Positions 1 to 14,000 of a DNA stretch of 64,000 nucleotides are shown in pieces. The position numbers and the translations under genes were made by a program. Below the pieces are notes generated by a model. It was given only the letters and a program-made list of their open reading frames with translations. It was not told the DNA's origin and ran no database searches. Within the stretch, counting starts at the first letter, position 1. Each line of letters starts with the position of its first letter. Source of the stretch: Owenia fusiformis (taxonomy: Eukaryota); assembly GCA_903813345.2 (NCBI GenBank), contig CAIIXF020000001.1:4154001-4218000 (forward strand). The letters are read 5' to 3'.

Positions 1-349
1 AGGCGCGCAGTTTGTGTTTTATTACTTCTTTCTGTCATGTTCATCTGTTTTAATACGAAATATTTTGTATTGTACGGGAAAACTGGGTTGAGATTTACCT
101 GTGGATCAAAACCCAAGTGTTTTATATTTCTGTGAAACGTGCGATATCAACTTATGTATCGGTGATCGAAAAATCGATGTCAATTTTTGGTATTAATCTG
201 CTTATATTTTTAAACCTACGTTCATCTGGACATGCATTTCGCTATCACATGGTTGAATCATATAATCGCCACCGAATGGACGTGTTGAACTATAAAACAA
301 TTCAGAATAAATGTCTTAAAATGACGTTTGAAAACACAGACTCCAACTG

Positions 350-2029
350 TTATGATGCAATGTTGATAGGCGCGCAGTTTGTCAGTCTTTCAAACTGCGT
401 GCATAGTAGGCAAGCAGTTTGGCTACCGCACCGTGCCAATGTTAATAGTTTTGAAGTTGATGCCTTATCATATATTGTATCACAGTAGTCGAAATGTGGT
501 AGTATAAATGAATTATATATATTCTCTAGGTATTTACTGTTTAGCATTTTAGTTAACTTTTTCAATGGTCTCATGAGAGAGATTACTCTCTCTATGAGTT
601 GGTCAACATGTGAATTAAAGTTTAGATTTTGATCAAGTACTAAGCCCAGGTGTTTGTGTTTGGTGCAACTAGGAATCACATCTCCTCCTAGTTTTAAAGG
701 GACTGGCTCTTGTAATAGTCTTCTATTTCCTGATACAAAGGTTAAGTCAGCACTTTTTTGTGCCTTAAAAGTCATCTTCCAAGTCATGGCCCAATTTGCC
801 AAAATGTCAAGATCTCTTTGAAGTGGTTGGTGAATGTTTAAAATCTGATCAAAGCTGTCATGTGCACTATAAATAGATGTATCATCAGCAAAAATAAATG
901 TTTTGGATAGGAGATCATCTGGTAAGTCATTAATGTAAATAAGAAATAGGAGGGGCCCGAGGACTGATCCTTGAGGTACACCTGCATTGATTTTATAGTT
1001 ATTTATATTGTGATCATTGTTATTATTATTGTTATTTGTTCCATTATTAAGATTTCCATAATTTTCAGAAGACCAATCAGATAAGCTGTTGTTGACTTTG
1101 GCTCGAACCCTTCTGTCTTTTAAATATGATGTCATTAGCTGTACAAAATTGAAATTACAACCATAGCCTTTAAGTTTCTGTATAAGTAATCTATGCGGGA
1201 CTAAATCAAAAGCGGCTGTTAAATCTAAAAAAGCTGAGCGGACATATTTATTATTATCTATATTTTCATGGATATTGTGAACAATGTTAATTAACTGGTT
1301 AACGGTGCTGTGCTTCGGGAGAAAACCACTCTGGAATTTGTATAAAAGGTTGTGTTGAAGCAGATGATCCAAAAGATGTTTGTGAATGATGGTTTCAAGA
1401 ACTTTCGAAAGGTTACTTAAGAGTGTTACCGGTCTATAGTTGCTGACAAGTTCCCTGTCTCCTTTTTTATAAATAGGAACAATAATACCTTCTTTCCATA
1501 TATCAGGGAAAGTGTTCTCTTCTAATATCTTATTAAATAGTTTACTGGTTGGTAAAGCAAGAGATCTGGCACATAGTTTTAACATTTTGTTATTAATTTC
1601 ATCAGGCCCTTGAGATTTAGTTGTGTCAAGGTCATGTAAAAGTTCAAAGACTTCTTCAGTCGTGGTTCTAAAATTTTGCATAGTATGTTGTGTTCTAAGT
1701 TGGAAGGGAGGAGTTTAGTCATCATTTATGTTAATTATGTTTTTTCCAACAAAGTATTTCATGAGAGCATTGGCTTTTTCATAGCTGGTACAGGCTGAAG
1801 TATTTAAAGTGGGATTTCTCAATACTGGTATTGTTGACACTTGATTTTTTCCAAGAAGTTCTTTTATCAATGACCAATAATCCACAGAATTTCTACTAAC
1901 ATATTCAATCTTATTAACTAGTTTTCTTTCATAATCAGATTTAGCTTCTTCTATTAACTGCTTTACTAATTGATTTTGTGTTTTGAACTTGTCTCTATAG
2001 AATGGGTCAAACCAAGAGTTCGAAACCAC
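350..2029 (-). mobile_element. 5'-truncated, disrupted CR1/L2-group non-LTR retrotransposon ORF2 (reverse transcriptase) in an intron of the host gene
   Basis: ORFs 350-1681 and 1715-2029 carry KSQGPD, NYRPVTLL, QSGF, FLDLTAAFD, GVPQGSVLGPLLFLIYINDL, FADDT and KHLGL. There is a break between the two ORFs and no endonuclease domain. Confidence 0.92.
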
Positions 2030-2061
2030 AGCAATATTTTTTATTGCTTCGTTAATTTCAG

Positions 2062-5000
2062 TGCTGAGGACATCATGCTAGTATATAAAGGTTACCCAGC
2101 TTGGATTGGTTATGCAGCAAAGAACAGAAATAAAGTTTGGCACAGAAAACAGAATGAGAACTCTGGTCATTACTCCCTAGTGCCAGACCAGTTGAGTGCA
2201 TATAGAGTGGCAGATAAGATGCTCCAAGCTCCAGGCCATGAGATGGTTGGCTGGGCCTTCTACAGACTGGATAACTCAGATGGATTCCTCAACTCAAGAA
2301 AACAGTGCATTGACTGGTATAATGTAAGTCTGAAATATATTAATGGGTATTGCCTACAGTATATCCTATATAGACTCAATTTAAAATGGTATGAGACTAA
2401 TTTTTATATTTCTTATTGTAGAATGAGCCTGATGTCTCTAGTTGGGGTAGTTCTATAGTTGGTACATGTCCATCCTCTCTCAGTCAGGCAGAAGTTGACC
2501 TCAGATTGACTAAAGAGGTGTCCATAACTGCATCAGGAAACCAATGCTTTAAAAATACATTCCCACAGGATAATGGTAAGTTTGGCAGTAAAGAGTACAT
2601 GTGTACCTAGGAATATATTTTCTGGAATAATTTGAAAGTGTTCAGAACTTACACAGTTCCAAGGTTTCTCTTTAGACCTCCAGCCTGATATAATATGAAA
2701 CTTGGTAGAAGGAAAAAAGATTGAACAAGTTGAATATCAATGGGACTTCACATTTGTGTTGTTTATTTACAGGAGGTAAGATAAGGTGTTGCTATAGAGA
2801 TGGTGCATTGATGACAATCAATGAGACTGCTCAGATGGCAGCAGTAGATGTTTACCAAGATTCTGGATTTATGACAAGATACCCCGAGGTAAAGTTCATT
2901 TTTCAGTACGCATACGGTATAAGTATTTTATTCATTTTTTGTACTCGAGGGGAAAGTTCATGATAAAGGTAGAACCAGAGCACGAAATTTCTTTCCTTAT
3001 TCAATAAAGATACCTTTCGGATATTTTCATAATTTTTATGCCTATTTTCATGAAAAGGCCAAGTCTTAAAAAAGTCTGTGAAATAAAAAGTCTGTTCATT
3101 AGACCCTCTCAGTTAGTTATTTAAAAATGAAATGTCTGTTTGTAGAGTTTCAATCCAAACAGTGACCATGCCCTTTTAGACAAGGACCCATTCACGTGGT
3201 GTTGTATAAGAACACCCAGGTATTGCCCATACTACCTGGAGAAGCGACCCATGGCTGACAGCTCAAAGTATAATCAAGTATCTCTAGGTATAGAAACGAA
3301 GTATAGCCTATTGTGCAAGTAATTTTTACTCAAAACCACAGAACAGATTCATTTTAATGTGAGGCAAAGATTCTAAGTTTAAACTATAATTTTCTGTCAT
3401 TCTGTTTTTTCTCACAAATGTACTTAAAATAAATGTTTTTCAAGAAACTAAACTTAATTAATAATTATTATGTCATGCATTCAAAACACAGTGAAGACTG
3501 TACTTGAGCATCCCTATCAATGTGTGTTTTGAAGTCTCAAATGTATCCCTTTTACGTCTCTGCATGTTACATCTCGAACATGCTTATCCTCATTTCATTA
3601 CTCTTTCTCTAGGTCTTGCCCATGGGGATCCCCACTTCACAACTCTGGATGGTCAGTCTTATACATTCAATGATGTTGGTGAGTTCATTCTGTTGAGGTC
3701 TACCTTCCCACGTGCGATGATGATACAAGGTCGTACAAACATCACAGAGAACCTCAATGGAGGAAATGTGGCTACCAGGTTCATGTAAGAATCCATTTCT
3801 CAATATGTACACATAGACCATATAGAGACCGGCCAGATTAAAATATCAATGTGTTGTGTCATAGAATTATTACCATTGAAGTTCAAGTACATCATTATTT
3901 AGATTAAGACATTTAAATCAACAAGTTAACAAAGAAAAGAGTGGCTTGTAACCTTCATTAAAGGGACTTAAAGGGGACATACAAGTAGAGAGTAAGTTTT
4001 GAAAAATTTGTCATGTCTATTTTTCCAACAGATCTGACTTTTTCTGAATGTTAATTCTTTGATAATCTCTATATTTCATCAGACATATCAATTCTTGATT
4101 TTTAAGAAGATTACTCCCATTATCTCCTATTTAGAAATTGTTCTATTATAGGAGTATTTACACACCATGTGTAAAGAATTATTTTCTCAAATACATGTTG
4201 TAGGGATTGAATTAGAACACTGATAAAGGAAATAAACACATGCTGTAAAGGTATTTCAATATAATGTGCTCTGTACTCTGTTCTCTTGATTATATAGGAG
4301 AGTAAAACCGAGTAGTATAGAGTACAATGTACTATACATGGATTTGTGAGTATCCAAATGCTATCAATCATTTCTAATTACAGTGCCTTTGCTATACAAG
4401 TTGGTGTTAATGGGCCAAAGATCCAGGCTTACCATAGTTACAAGGCAGATGGCAAAGGTGATGACATCATTAATGTCATTGATGGTGAAGAAATACTTGC
4501 TCCAAAGACTGAACTTGAAGATGTGATGGTCATCAAAGAGAAACTTGGTGAGGAAAAAATATATATGTTCACAGCCAATCTGCAACAGTACCGTATGGTA
4601 CTGTAGACTAAAACAGTACCATAAGGTACCATGAACACTGTACAGCACCATACTCCAACTGTACCATGCAGTACCATACTCTTAATATACCGTACAGTAC
4701 CATGATTTTAGAGTGCGGATTGGGGGTGTACTGACATTATCAAGGAAACTGTGTGATTGCTAAGTATTTGTAGAGATTTGAGACAAGATTGGTACATGGT
4801 GACTTAGATTATGATTTATGAGTTTTGATTATGGGATCTCGATACCTGAAACCTTTTAGGATGCATATAATGTTGCCCGCTCCAATAGTTTGATTTTCTT
4901 TTTTAAAAGAGAGCTTCATCTTCATTCTTTGAATTGGAGATTATCCTTTGATCATTACCCATATCAGTTTTTTTTTTATTTACAGATGAGCTGAAAGTTA

Positions 5001-8000
5001 TGCTGAAGATTATTTTCAAGGCAGGTCTGTTTATGACAATCACATCAGACAGAGGTATGCTTGCTGCCCAAATAGGCATGGGTGCTGACCTCATGCATGG
5101 TGACTATGCTGGACTTATGGGCAACTTCAATGGAGAAAAACAGGATGACTTGGTTTCCTCTACAGGAGGTGTACTCGATCCATCCATTGATAAAGACAAA
5201 ATTCATTCATTTGGCAAATCTTGTAAGTATGCATTAATAAGATCTAGGTCTGCCATATAGGGTCTTGGAAATGGTCTCTTTAGCACACATAGGTGAGCTA
5301 TTGTAGTCACATTTCTGTCTGTCAGCTTGTCGGTCCATTGATTAGTTAGTCAATCGGTTTGTCCATCAATATCACCTTAAAGTTTTCAGGGATAACTCAG
5401 TTTATCCTACACTTAATGCGCTAAATGTATAATAACATTAAAAAATAAATTTGATATTTATTGGCAAAATGAATATCCAGAGGATATCGTAACGATATAC
5501 TCCGGGCGGAGGATATTGTGACGATATACTCCGGAAAACCCAAAATGCGGAGGATATTGTGACGATAAACTCCGCTTGTTGATTTCCCGCCAAATTGACT
5601 CTATTTGGCATGGAATTCATTTTGCAATGATATTATACATTTAGTACACTCCTTGTTAGTGTAGGATAATAAGAACATCCTATGATTTTTTTCAGAATAT
5701 CATTTTAATCTACTCTGTGATATTGATATATGCACTCGTTCGCTTCGCTCTCTCGTGCAGATATCAATATCACCTCGTAGATAAAAATGATATTCCTCAA
5801 AATCATAGGATATCCTATAAATCTACGGATGCTGTGGAGAACATTTTTAATAATACCTACATGCTAAGATAGTCCTTGTCTGCAAACTCCAGATTTGATA
5901 AAATTGTGTTTTATTTCTGAAAATTCTATAATCTTTAGTGATTGAAGTGCTGGTCACTGAGTTCATTCTGCAGAGATAAATATCCAACATGTATATTTTC
6001 AGGGAGTTTAAGAGAAGTGTATGGGCAAGCTACCACTGGCACAAGTGTTCTAGACAAGACACTGTTCAGCCGATATCCAGATGATATGCCAACAGCGGCT
6101 AAATATACCCTTGATGGTTTCTACCCTAACTTCTACACTATGGACGACTATGAAGAGGAGCTGTATGATAACTGTGAGTTCCCCGCCGACTTCCCAATCT
6201 CCTCCATGCAGAAGCAGCTCTCTGAGGAATGTCTCTTTGACTATAAGAGCTCTGCGGATCCATATCTGGCTGTGATAACCAGGAAGAACAGGGAAAAATA
6301 TGAAATTGTCAAGAGGAAACTCGGTAAGATTTCTAATCTCATAGTAGCCTCTTATTAGTGGACCCGAAACATCTGGTTGCAATAAATCAATACACTGAGT
6401 ACAAACCTGGTAGGTTTAGCACCCATGTTTTTTAACTTTCAAACCCCAAAAGCTGAACTTAACAAACTAAACATATAATTGGGCTCTCCGATCTAATGTA
6501 CATACCTTTGATATGTCTTATTACCTGATTACTAGACTAAGGTTTAATAGACTGGATTATATGACTCATCTTCCATTTGCAATTGTATTGTCTTGCTATA
6601 GGTAATAGAGCCCCCGTGTTTATTGAGGCAAATGAGATGGTTAAAACAGAAGTTGGCCAGCTGACAAATGTTAAGTTCACCTACATGGATCTTGATGGAG
6701 ATCCTGTAACAGTACAGGTGAAGATGAAGGATGCTGATGGTGTTTTGCAGGTACAACACAGTCTTGTATCTACTGTAGTTTATTCAATGGATTTATATTG
6801 ATATAGCTATTACTTGCTTTGTAAAACCTGGACTACAAAGACTTAAATTTTACTTTTAGTAATCACAATGAAATGCCTAAAACTATAATTACATGCTTAT
6901 TCAGCAATTTTTGGGGTGGCCCAAAACATGTACCCTCTCTGTAGGGAACAGGAGTTAGGGAACACCTTTTATGTCAACAAGAAACATTATTTTGTCAATC
7001 CGGAGAGCATTCTATGTCCACAGATTTTACAGTACTGTCTGTCTATATGTAGGTACTGCAGGCCCCATTGACAACCACATCAAGTCTAACAGACTCAGGG
7101 GAGACTGTGTACACTTCACAGTTTGCCTTTGCCCCAACCAAGAGGTATATCACCCTTGAATATGTATTGGAGGATGACATCAACCAAGTGAAGACTGTAT
7201 ATAGGCCTCAGGTGGTCCTATGTGCATGTGACAATGATGGAAAATGTAATTACACTGTAACACAGGTAATACAATGATTATCTTATTGGTGTCATACTTT
7301 ACTATACATATTGATTGTCCTGTCATCATTTTGGCCACTTCTCATTAGTATGCTCCCAAAACCTAATGGGTAAAACAAAAGTTGTGAAGTTAGGTAGTAC
7401 TCTATTTATGATGCATGAAAATTAAAAAATTGATTATAAATTACAAAATTGTTACCATGACCACATGTTGAGCTGAAACATTTTTAGATTCTTTTTAAAA
7501 ATTGTATGCACCTATTGTTATTTTAACCCTTGATGTTTGATTAACATACAACTAGGAGGACAGTGGTCTGTTTGCCTATGCATCATGCATGTGTGACCCT
7601 GGTCAAGGAGGTCCCTTCTGTACAGATGACATAAATGGGTGCATGAACTCTCCCTGCTACAATGGCCAATGTTCTGACAGATCCCCTGAAGAGGTGACTG
7701 CTAGTGGTGACTTGAAGGAATACAAGTGCCAAGAGTGTCCTGCAGGATATGAAGGCACTGGGGAGTCATGTACAGGTATATACTACTACTCATATACAGT
7801 AAAACTTCTATATGCAAACACCTCTCTAATACGAACACCTGTTAATGTGAACACTTTTTCTGTCCAATTTTTATGTCACCACTAGAAGTGATGAGATCTT
7901 GTTATTGTCTAGATTCCAATTTTTTGTGGATGGCATTTGGTGGTTGGCATCTATAACAAATGGCGTTCTTAATGCCTTGTTTAATATGCCATAGATTACC

Positions 8001-11000
8001 AGATTGAAAGAGCTAGAGATGTGAACACTTGCTTTATTGAACACTTTTGGTTGGTCCCTTGAATGGTGGATTAGTAGGGAATTAAGATGAGAATCTAAGA
8101 TATAATGTAATGTAACATAATGGCAAACAGCATGATGCAAATGTGTCATTTACCATCTCAAGTATACATTGTAGTTTCTAAAAAGATTGATATATTTTGC
8201 ATCAATGGTTCTCAATATAAGTTTGGCCAAAATACATAAGTACTAGTAGACTAATTGTTAGAGAAAAAATCTCAAGATCTCTAGTTCTGTTTCTTATGTA
8301 TATATGCTATTAATTATTATGATATTAGAAAGGTACTGAATAAGATCAGTTTTTGGAAAAGAGTTATTCCTCTGTATCAGATTCTACCATTCATATGGAC
8401 TTGTATATTAAAGTTATTATTTGACAGTGTTAAAAAACAGAAGGTACACACTGTATTTGTAATGTTCATACTGTATTTGTACATGTGTATAACAGACAAC
8501 AGAGTAACTACAAGGGGTTGTAAAATAATTGACTATTCATTTACAGATATTGATGAGTGCAAGGTCGATGAGGATAACATAAATAGGCATAAGTGTAGCC
8601 AGGTGTGTGTTAATCTCATTGGAGGATATATGTGTCAATGTAGAGAGGGTTGGCAGTTGGACCTTGATGGCCGCACTTGTATAGGTATCTAGAGCATTCT
8701 TACTATCATAGTCTTGAGCATTTCTTTGTAGTTGTTCACACCAGAAGTTTGCATGACAAAATATTTGGAATCCATATTTAATTTGTTCATCATTTTACTA
8801 ACTCCAGAGATCATTGTTACAGTTGAAGGTTATATCATGAGGCTAATCACTTTTATGCTAAAGTATATAGAAATTCATATCACTTTTAATGCACTATATC
8901 AGCTTCTATGGTGCTTAATTCTTGGCACCAGGAATTTCAGGGTTTGAGAAACTATTGATGCAAACAGTGCTTAAAACTGCATACTTATATTACAGATCAT
9001 CCTGAGTACGAGTGCATATACCTATTGGCTCTTCAGAACATGGACCAACCAACCCAACCCTAAAACTAATTTTTGGATATATATTTCAGATCATCCTGAG
9101 TGCTCCACAGCTGCCTTGAATGACTGTGATTTGCTCCATGGAAAGTGTATAAATGACCATGATGGTGGCTATACCTGCCAATGTGACCAGGGATACAAGA
9201 AGGCCAAAGATAGCAACATATGTGTGGGTGAGTAAACATCTCATATGTCAATTCTGCTGAGGTACAATGGTACATGTCCCAAAATAATGGAACATTTTCA
9301 ATGATAGAACTACAAAATCAATGGTTTTTACAGAGAAAATCATTTGCAAGTTTGTATCTGAATTAATGTCAATTACTTGCAAAATTTAGATTTTCCACCC
9401 CCCCCCCCACGTACAACTATGACTCTTCTCACATCAAGCCATACAATCTGGGATTTTGTTAAAAGTATCACTTTAAAATTGAAGTCAAATCCTAAAACAC
9501 TAATGCCTTGTCATTGTGGGGGAAAATTAAGTGATTGGGGACAAGAAACATGATACAAGAAGGACATTGTATCATAACCATGGATTTTTTAATGCAGATA
9601 TCGATGAGTGTTTGGTTGATAATGGAGGTTGTGCTAGGTTCTGCGTGAACACACTTGGAGGCCATTACTGTGACTGTGGCCCTGGATATAAGCTTGACAG
9701 GCAAGACATGCACACATGCCTACAGGTTAATGAGTGTGAATTGCCATATGAAAACAGGTGTGCGCAGGTGTGCAATGACAGGTGAGACTTCTACCTTTTT
9801 GTAAATATGAAGACATTTGATGTGGAACTGTTTTGATCTAGAAATTCTTATCTGAAATTCCAACTTTTCGGGTTTACCCCTTGATAAATGCTAATTTTCT
9901 GTTTCTTTTTCTCTCCTGTGAAAAATGCTATTGACGAAGGGATTGTAGTTATTTCCCTAGTGAATACTTTATATTCAGTTAAATTTTTATGATAAATTCG
10001 TTTTTGTGATTCAGAAATACATGCACTACATATATGGTAGAATAAATATACATGTATATTATTTGATTGTTAATTGCATATTTATTTCCATCAACTAGAG
10101 ATGGCTACTATGAGTGTGCATGTGAAAGTGGTTTTCGACTGGCAGATGACGGGACAAGTTGTGAAGCACTCACCACATGTGCTCAGCTACTCACTTGTAC
10201 AGATGGTTATTGCGGGGTTGTGGCGGGAAAGGAGAAATGCTTCTGTCCAGCTGGTTATGTCCTCAGTCTGGAAGACCCAACTCTATGTCTGGGTGAGTGT
10301 TGATATGGGGAGATCTTATATGAAGTTTGGGATACCTGGAGTAACCAAATGCCAATATTATATACCTGCCTCCCCACTCAACAAATATATACGAAAGCTA
10401 TAAATCTGCCCACTCAAAATACAACATTTGATATATATAAACATAGTATGAATTACCCAGTTGGAGTTACATTCCCGGGGACAGATAACTGTTCCCTCTA
10501 TTGACTAAACTAGGTAATATACTTCACTCCACTTTTTGTAAATTAGCAACTCATATATATATCCCAAACACATCATCAAATGGGGAAAATTACTATTAGT
10601 AATGTGTTTGGAGATTCTGCTGAATTTTTTTGATAATATCAGAATGTTAGATTTACTTTTACATTCATGAGTGCAGCAATGATTAGATGTTTCAAGCACA
10701 ATCCAGCACAAATAGATATGATTCAACATATTCATGGAGCACTGCATTTGAATGTTTTCATTATATCTTGAGCACCAAATAGCATGATACAGAAAGGTTC
10801 ACTAGCAGCTTTTTAGACATGAACATACAACTCTCCATACAATGATGCACATTGCGAGAAAACTCAGTCCTGGAACAAACTGATGAATTCAACTCCGAAT
10901 GGTTGTTCAATTGGACAATCAATCAGGTGATGTTTTTCTCAACACAAGATGGCACGACACGCACATACCCAACAACGGCTAGTCTTAACTTGGTGAGATG

Positions 11001-14000
11001 TTTTTCAGATACCATATCTGAGTTCAGAATTTTATGCCAAAAAGCTGATAATTATGGTTTTAGATCAAATTAGAATGGCCTTCATAGTATTATAAATATG
11101 AATATTGTTTTCTTATAGAACATAGTTCAACTTGTTTTTATCAAATTTTCTAAAGAGCACCCTTTTCTCAGTTCATGCACTGCTTTATTCATTTTTGACA
11201 TGCTATTTATTTTTGAACATATGTAACTGTACACCTATTTAGTAAATAAACATAGAGCTGTGTTTACTGTTCAAATGTTTGCTGATGTGTTTTAAATTAA
11301 TTGAAATAAATAATTCAAATTAATTCTTTTGTTTGTTAATGTTTAGATATCAATGAATGTAACCAGAATGTTCATCAGTGTGGGCCTAACACAGAATGCA
11401 TCAACACAGAGGGAAACTATATCTGTAAGTGCTTAGCAGGTTACCTGCCAAACACATGGAACCCTCGTGAATGTGTAAACATTGATGAACAAGTCTACCC
11501 AGAGAGAGGCACCTGTGGTTGCGAACAGGGATGCATTGATACCCCAGGCTCGTATAAATGTACATGTAAACCTGGTTATATCCTAATGGCAGATGGCAAG
11601 GGATGTTTAGGTAAGTTTCATGATTTGGCACCTAATGTACAGTTTGTATGAATGTCTGCTAGTTAGGTGGTTGAAGAGAGAAATTAAAAAATTTTGGCAA
11701 TGTGGTATTATATAATTTATATAGTATCATAATACACCTGGACGTGGAAATAGAGGGGAAATATTAAATATTTGGACATTGCAATAGTTAGAGAGATTTC
11801 ACTTTAAAGTATAACTTCATGTCAAGTATTATTATGATTCCTACCAATAGCTAGGTCTAAACGAGATAAGGATTTTTCCACTTATAAACAACATTTTATA
11901 GGCGATGGCTTCTTATGAACTGATATAGCTGTGCAACAAATGATGATGTTGTACACAAACTTTATGCCAAGTTATATACATAAGGGATTTATTAACATGC
12001 TATAAATGTGTTTTGGAATCTCTCTATTATATTTATAACAAACTATACTACATGTATTTTATTTTATATTGCATTCTGTAGGGCAAAAGGGTGTCATTAA
12101 CAAGTAGTATTGGATTTACCATTATCATTTGAATAAAATAAATATCTTAAGAAAATGTTTTGTTATGTTGCAGATGTGAACGAGTGTAGGGCAGGGGTAG
12201 ATAATGCCTGTTCCCCTCTGGCTCAGTGTAACAATCTAGATGGTTCATATGAGTGTGTTTGTAGGGACGGTTACTATGGCAATGGATTCATCTGTTCAGG
12301 TAAATAGAATTCAGTGTTTATTTTTGACTCTTCAAAGAAGAATGAGATAACTCAATGAACTGGCAGACACTTTAGTTGGAGAAAAACAACTATACAATAT
12401 ACATCTTTACTGAAAAGTGCTAGACTACAAGGGCAAATGAAGACAGCTAATAGTTAATGTAACTATAGGATATGATGTTGACCCATTCTGGTACTCATCG
12501 CATCTGTCTTGTCTTTCAATGCAAAATCCTTTGAATTAGTTAGGATAATTCTCAAATTTAATTTGTGACTTTTTAATATATGATGACTTAACAAGGCATG
12601 CAAACTATAGATACATGTAGCTTATTGGTTGATACATAAAATTGGAATGATTTATTTTTAAAAAATGGGTTCAATTTTAGGTTGCCCATGCCCACTATGA
12701 ATAACTAAAAAATGGCAACTCCACGGAGTAGCAAATCCCAATGAACACCAAATAAATCATCAATCTGTACAGTCACAATGTAATATTTGCCAACTACTCT
12801 TATCTTCAAAAAATATTTTAAATCATTGTAGTATCATGTAACCATACTTTCAAGATAACTCTAAGTAATGGCGAATTTCTGCTCTAGTCAGCCATTTTGA
12901 ATTTTCAGACGAGCAAATCAGAAAAACAATGCCATAATTGTGATCTACTCTGAAATTCCTTCAATTTGAGTATAATATAGCCATACTTTCAAGAGATCAG
13001 AAAATAATTGCGAAAAATCCCGCATTAGGCAGCCATTTTGAATTTTTTGAGGCCTGAATCAGAAAAACGCTACAATATTTGCAATCTATTCTAAATTGCC
13101 TTTCATTTGAGTATAATAAGGCTATACTTTAAAAACAACTCAAAATTAATGCAAGTTTCTGTTTTCCCAATCCCCCATTTACAGCCCTGGGGGTCAGGGG
13201 GAAAAACCCGGGATATATGTGAAATAGATAGATGTTGTTAATATACTACCAAAATTTCAAATAGTAATATTTATTATTTTGGTTTAAAATGACAAACATA
13301 AGATTTTTGCGAAAAATTCCCTCCATTTTTAAACTGGCGGCCAACTTGAAAAAAATATGAAGAAAATCTGTCAACTAGTATTCGAGTTATCTTCCAGACG
13401 GACAGACGTCTTGTTTATATGCTGTTCATGTCATCATCATTCAGTCCAGCTTGAAAATCTATTTGTAGTTGCTGTTGTTTCCTTCTTGCTTCTTCTGATT
13501 TTATTTGTCTTTTCTTTCATTCTTTGTCTTCTTAGTTTCTTATTAGTTTCTGTTGTTACTTTCTTGTCTTCTTTAGTTTCTTCTTTCTTGGTCTTCTTTC
13601 TCCCTATTACTTTTCCTCTTTGGTCTTGTTTGGTGTCGGGTCTGCAGACTTGTGACTACACATCGGTGGGTTAAAGCTTTTTCTACCGGTAACACTCCCC
13701 TTCCCCTTTGTCTTTATCGATGTTTGTTTTTGTTGCTGTTTTTCTTCTATAGTTTACCCTCATTTCGGAGACTGGTATCTAGATTCTGTTTGTTCTTGTT
13801 GTTTTTCCCATTTCCTTATTTGTCTTAGAACTCTGACCATATCTTTAATATTGGATTTTTTGGCTTTTGGTATTTTATCTGTATCCATTTATTTTTAGCA
13901 ACTGTCTTTTTGATATATGGTGACAGTGTTTCTTTCTTATATCCTTGAGATATTAATTTTTTCCCCAAGGACTTGATTCTTTTGGAAGCAATTTTTTCAT

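Noticed and set aside
13357-13674. Hydrophobic 105 aa ORF as a membrane protein
   Set aside because: It is the T/C-rich antisense strand of the low-complexity region of the Penelope-like insert.
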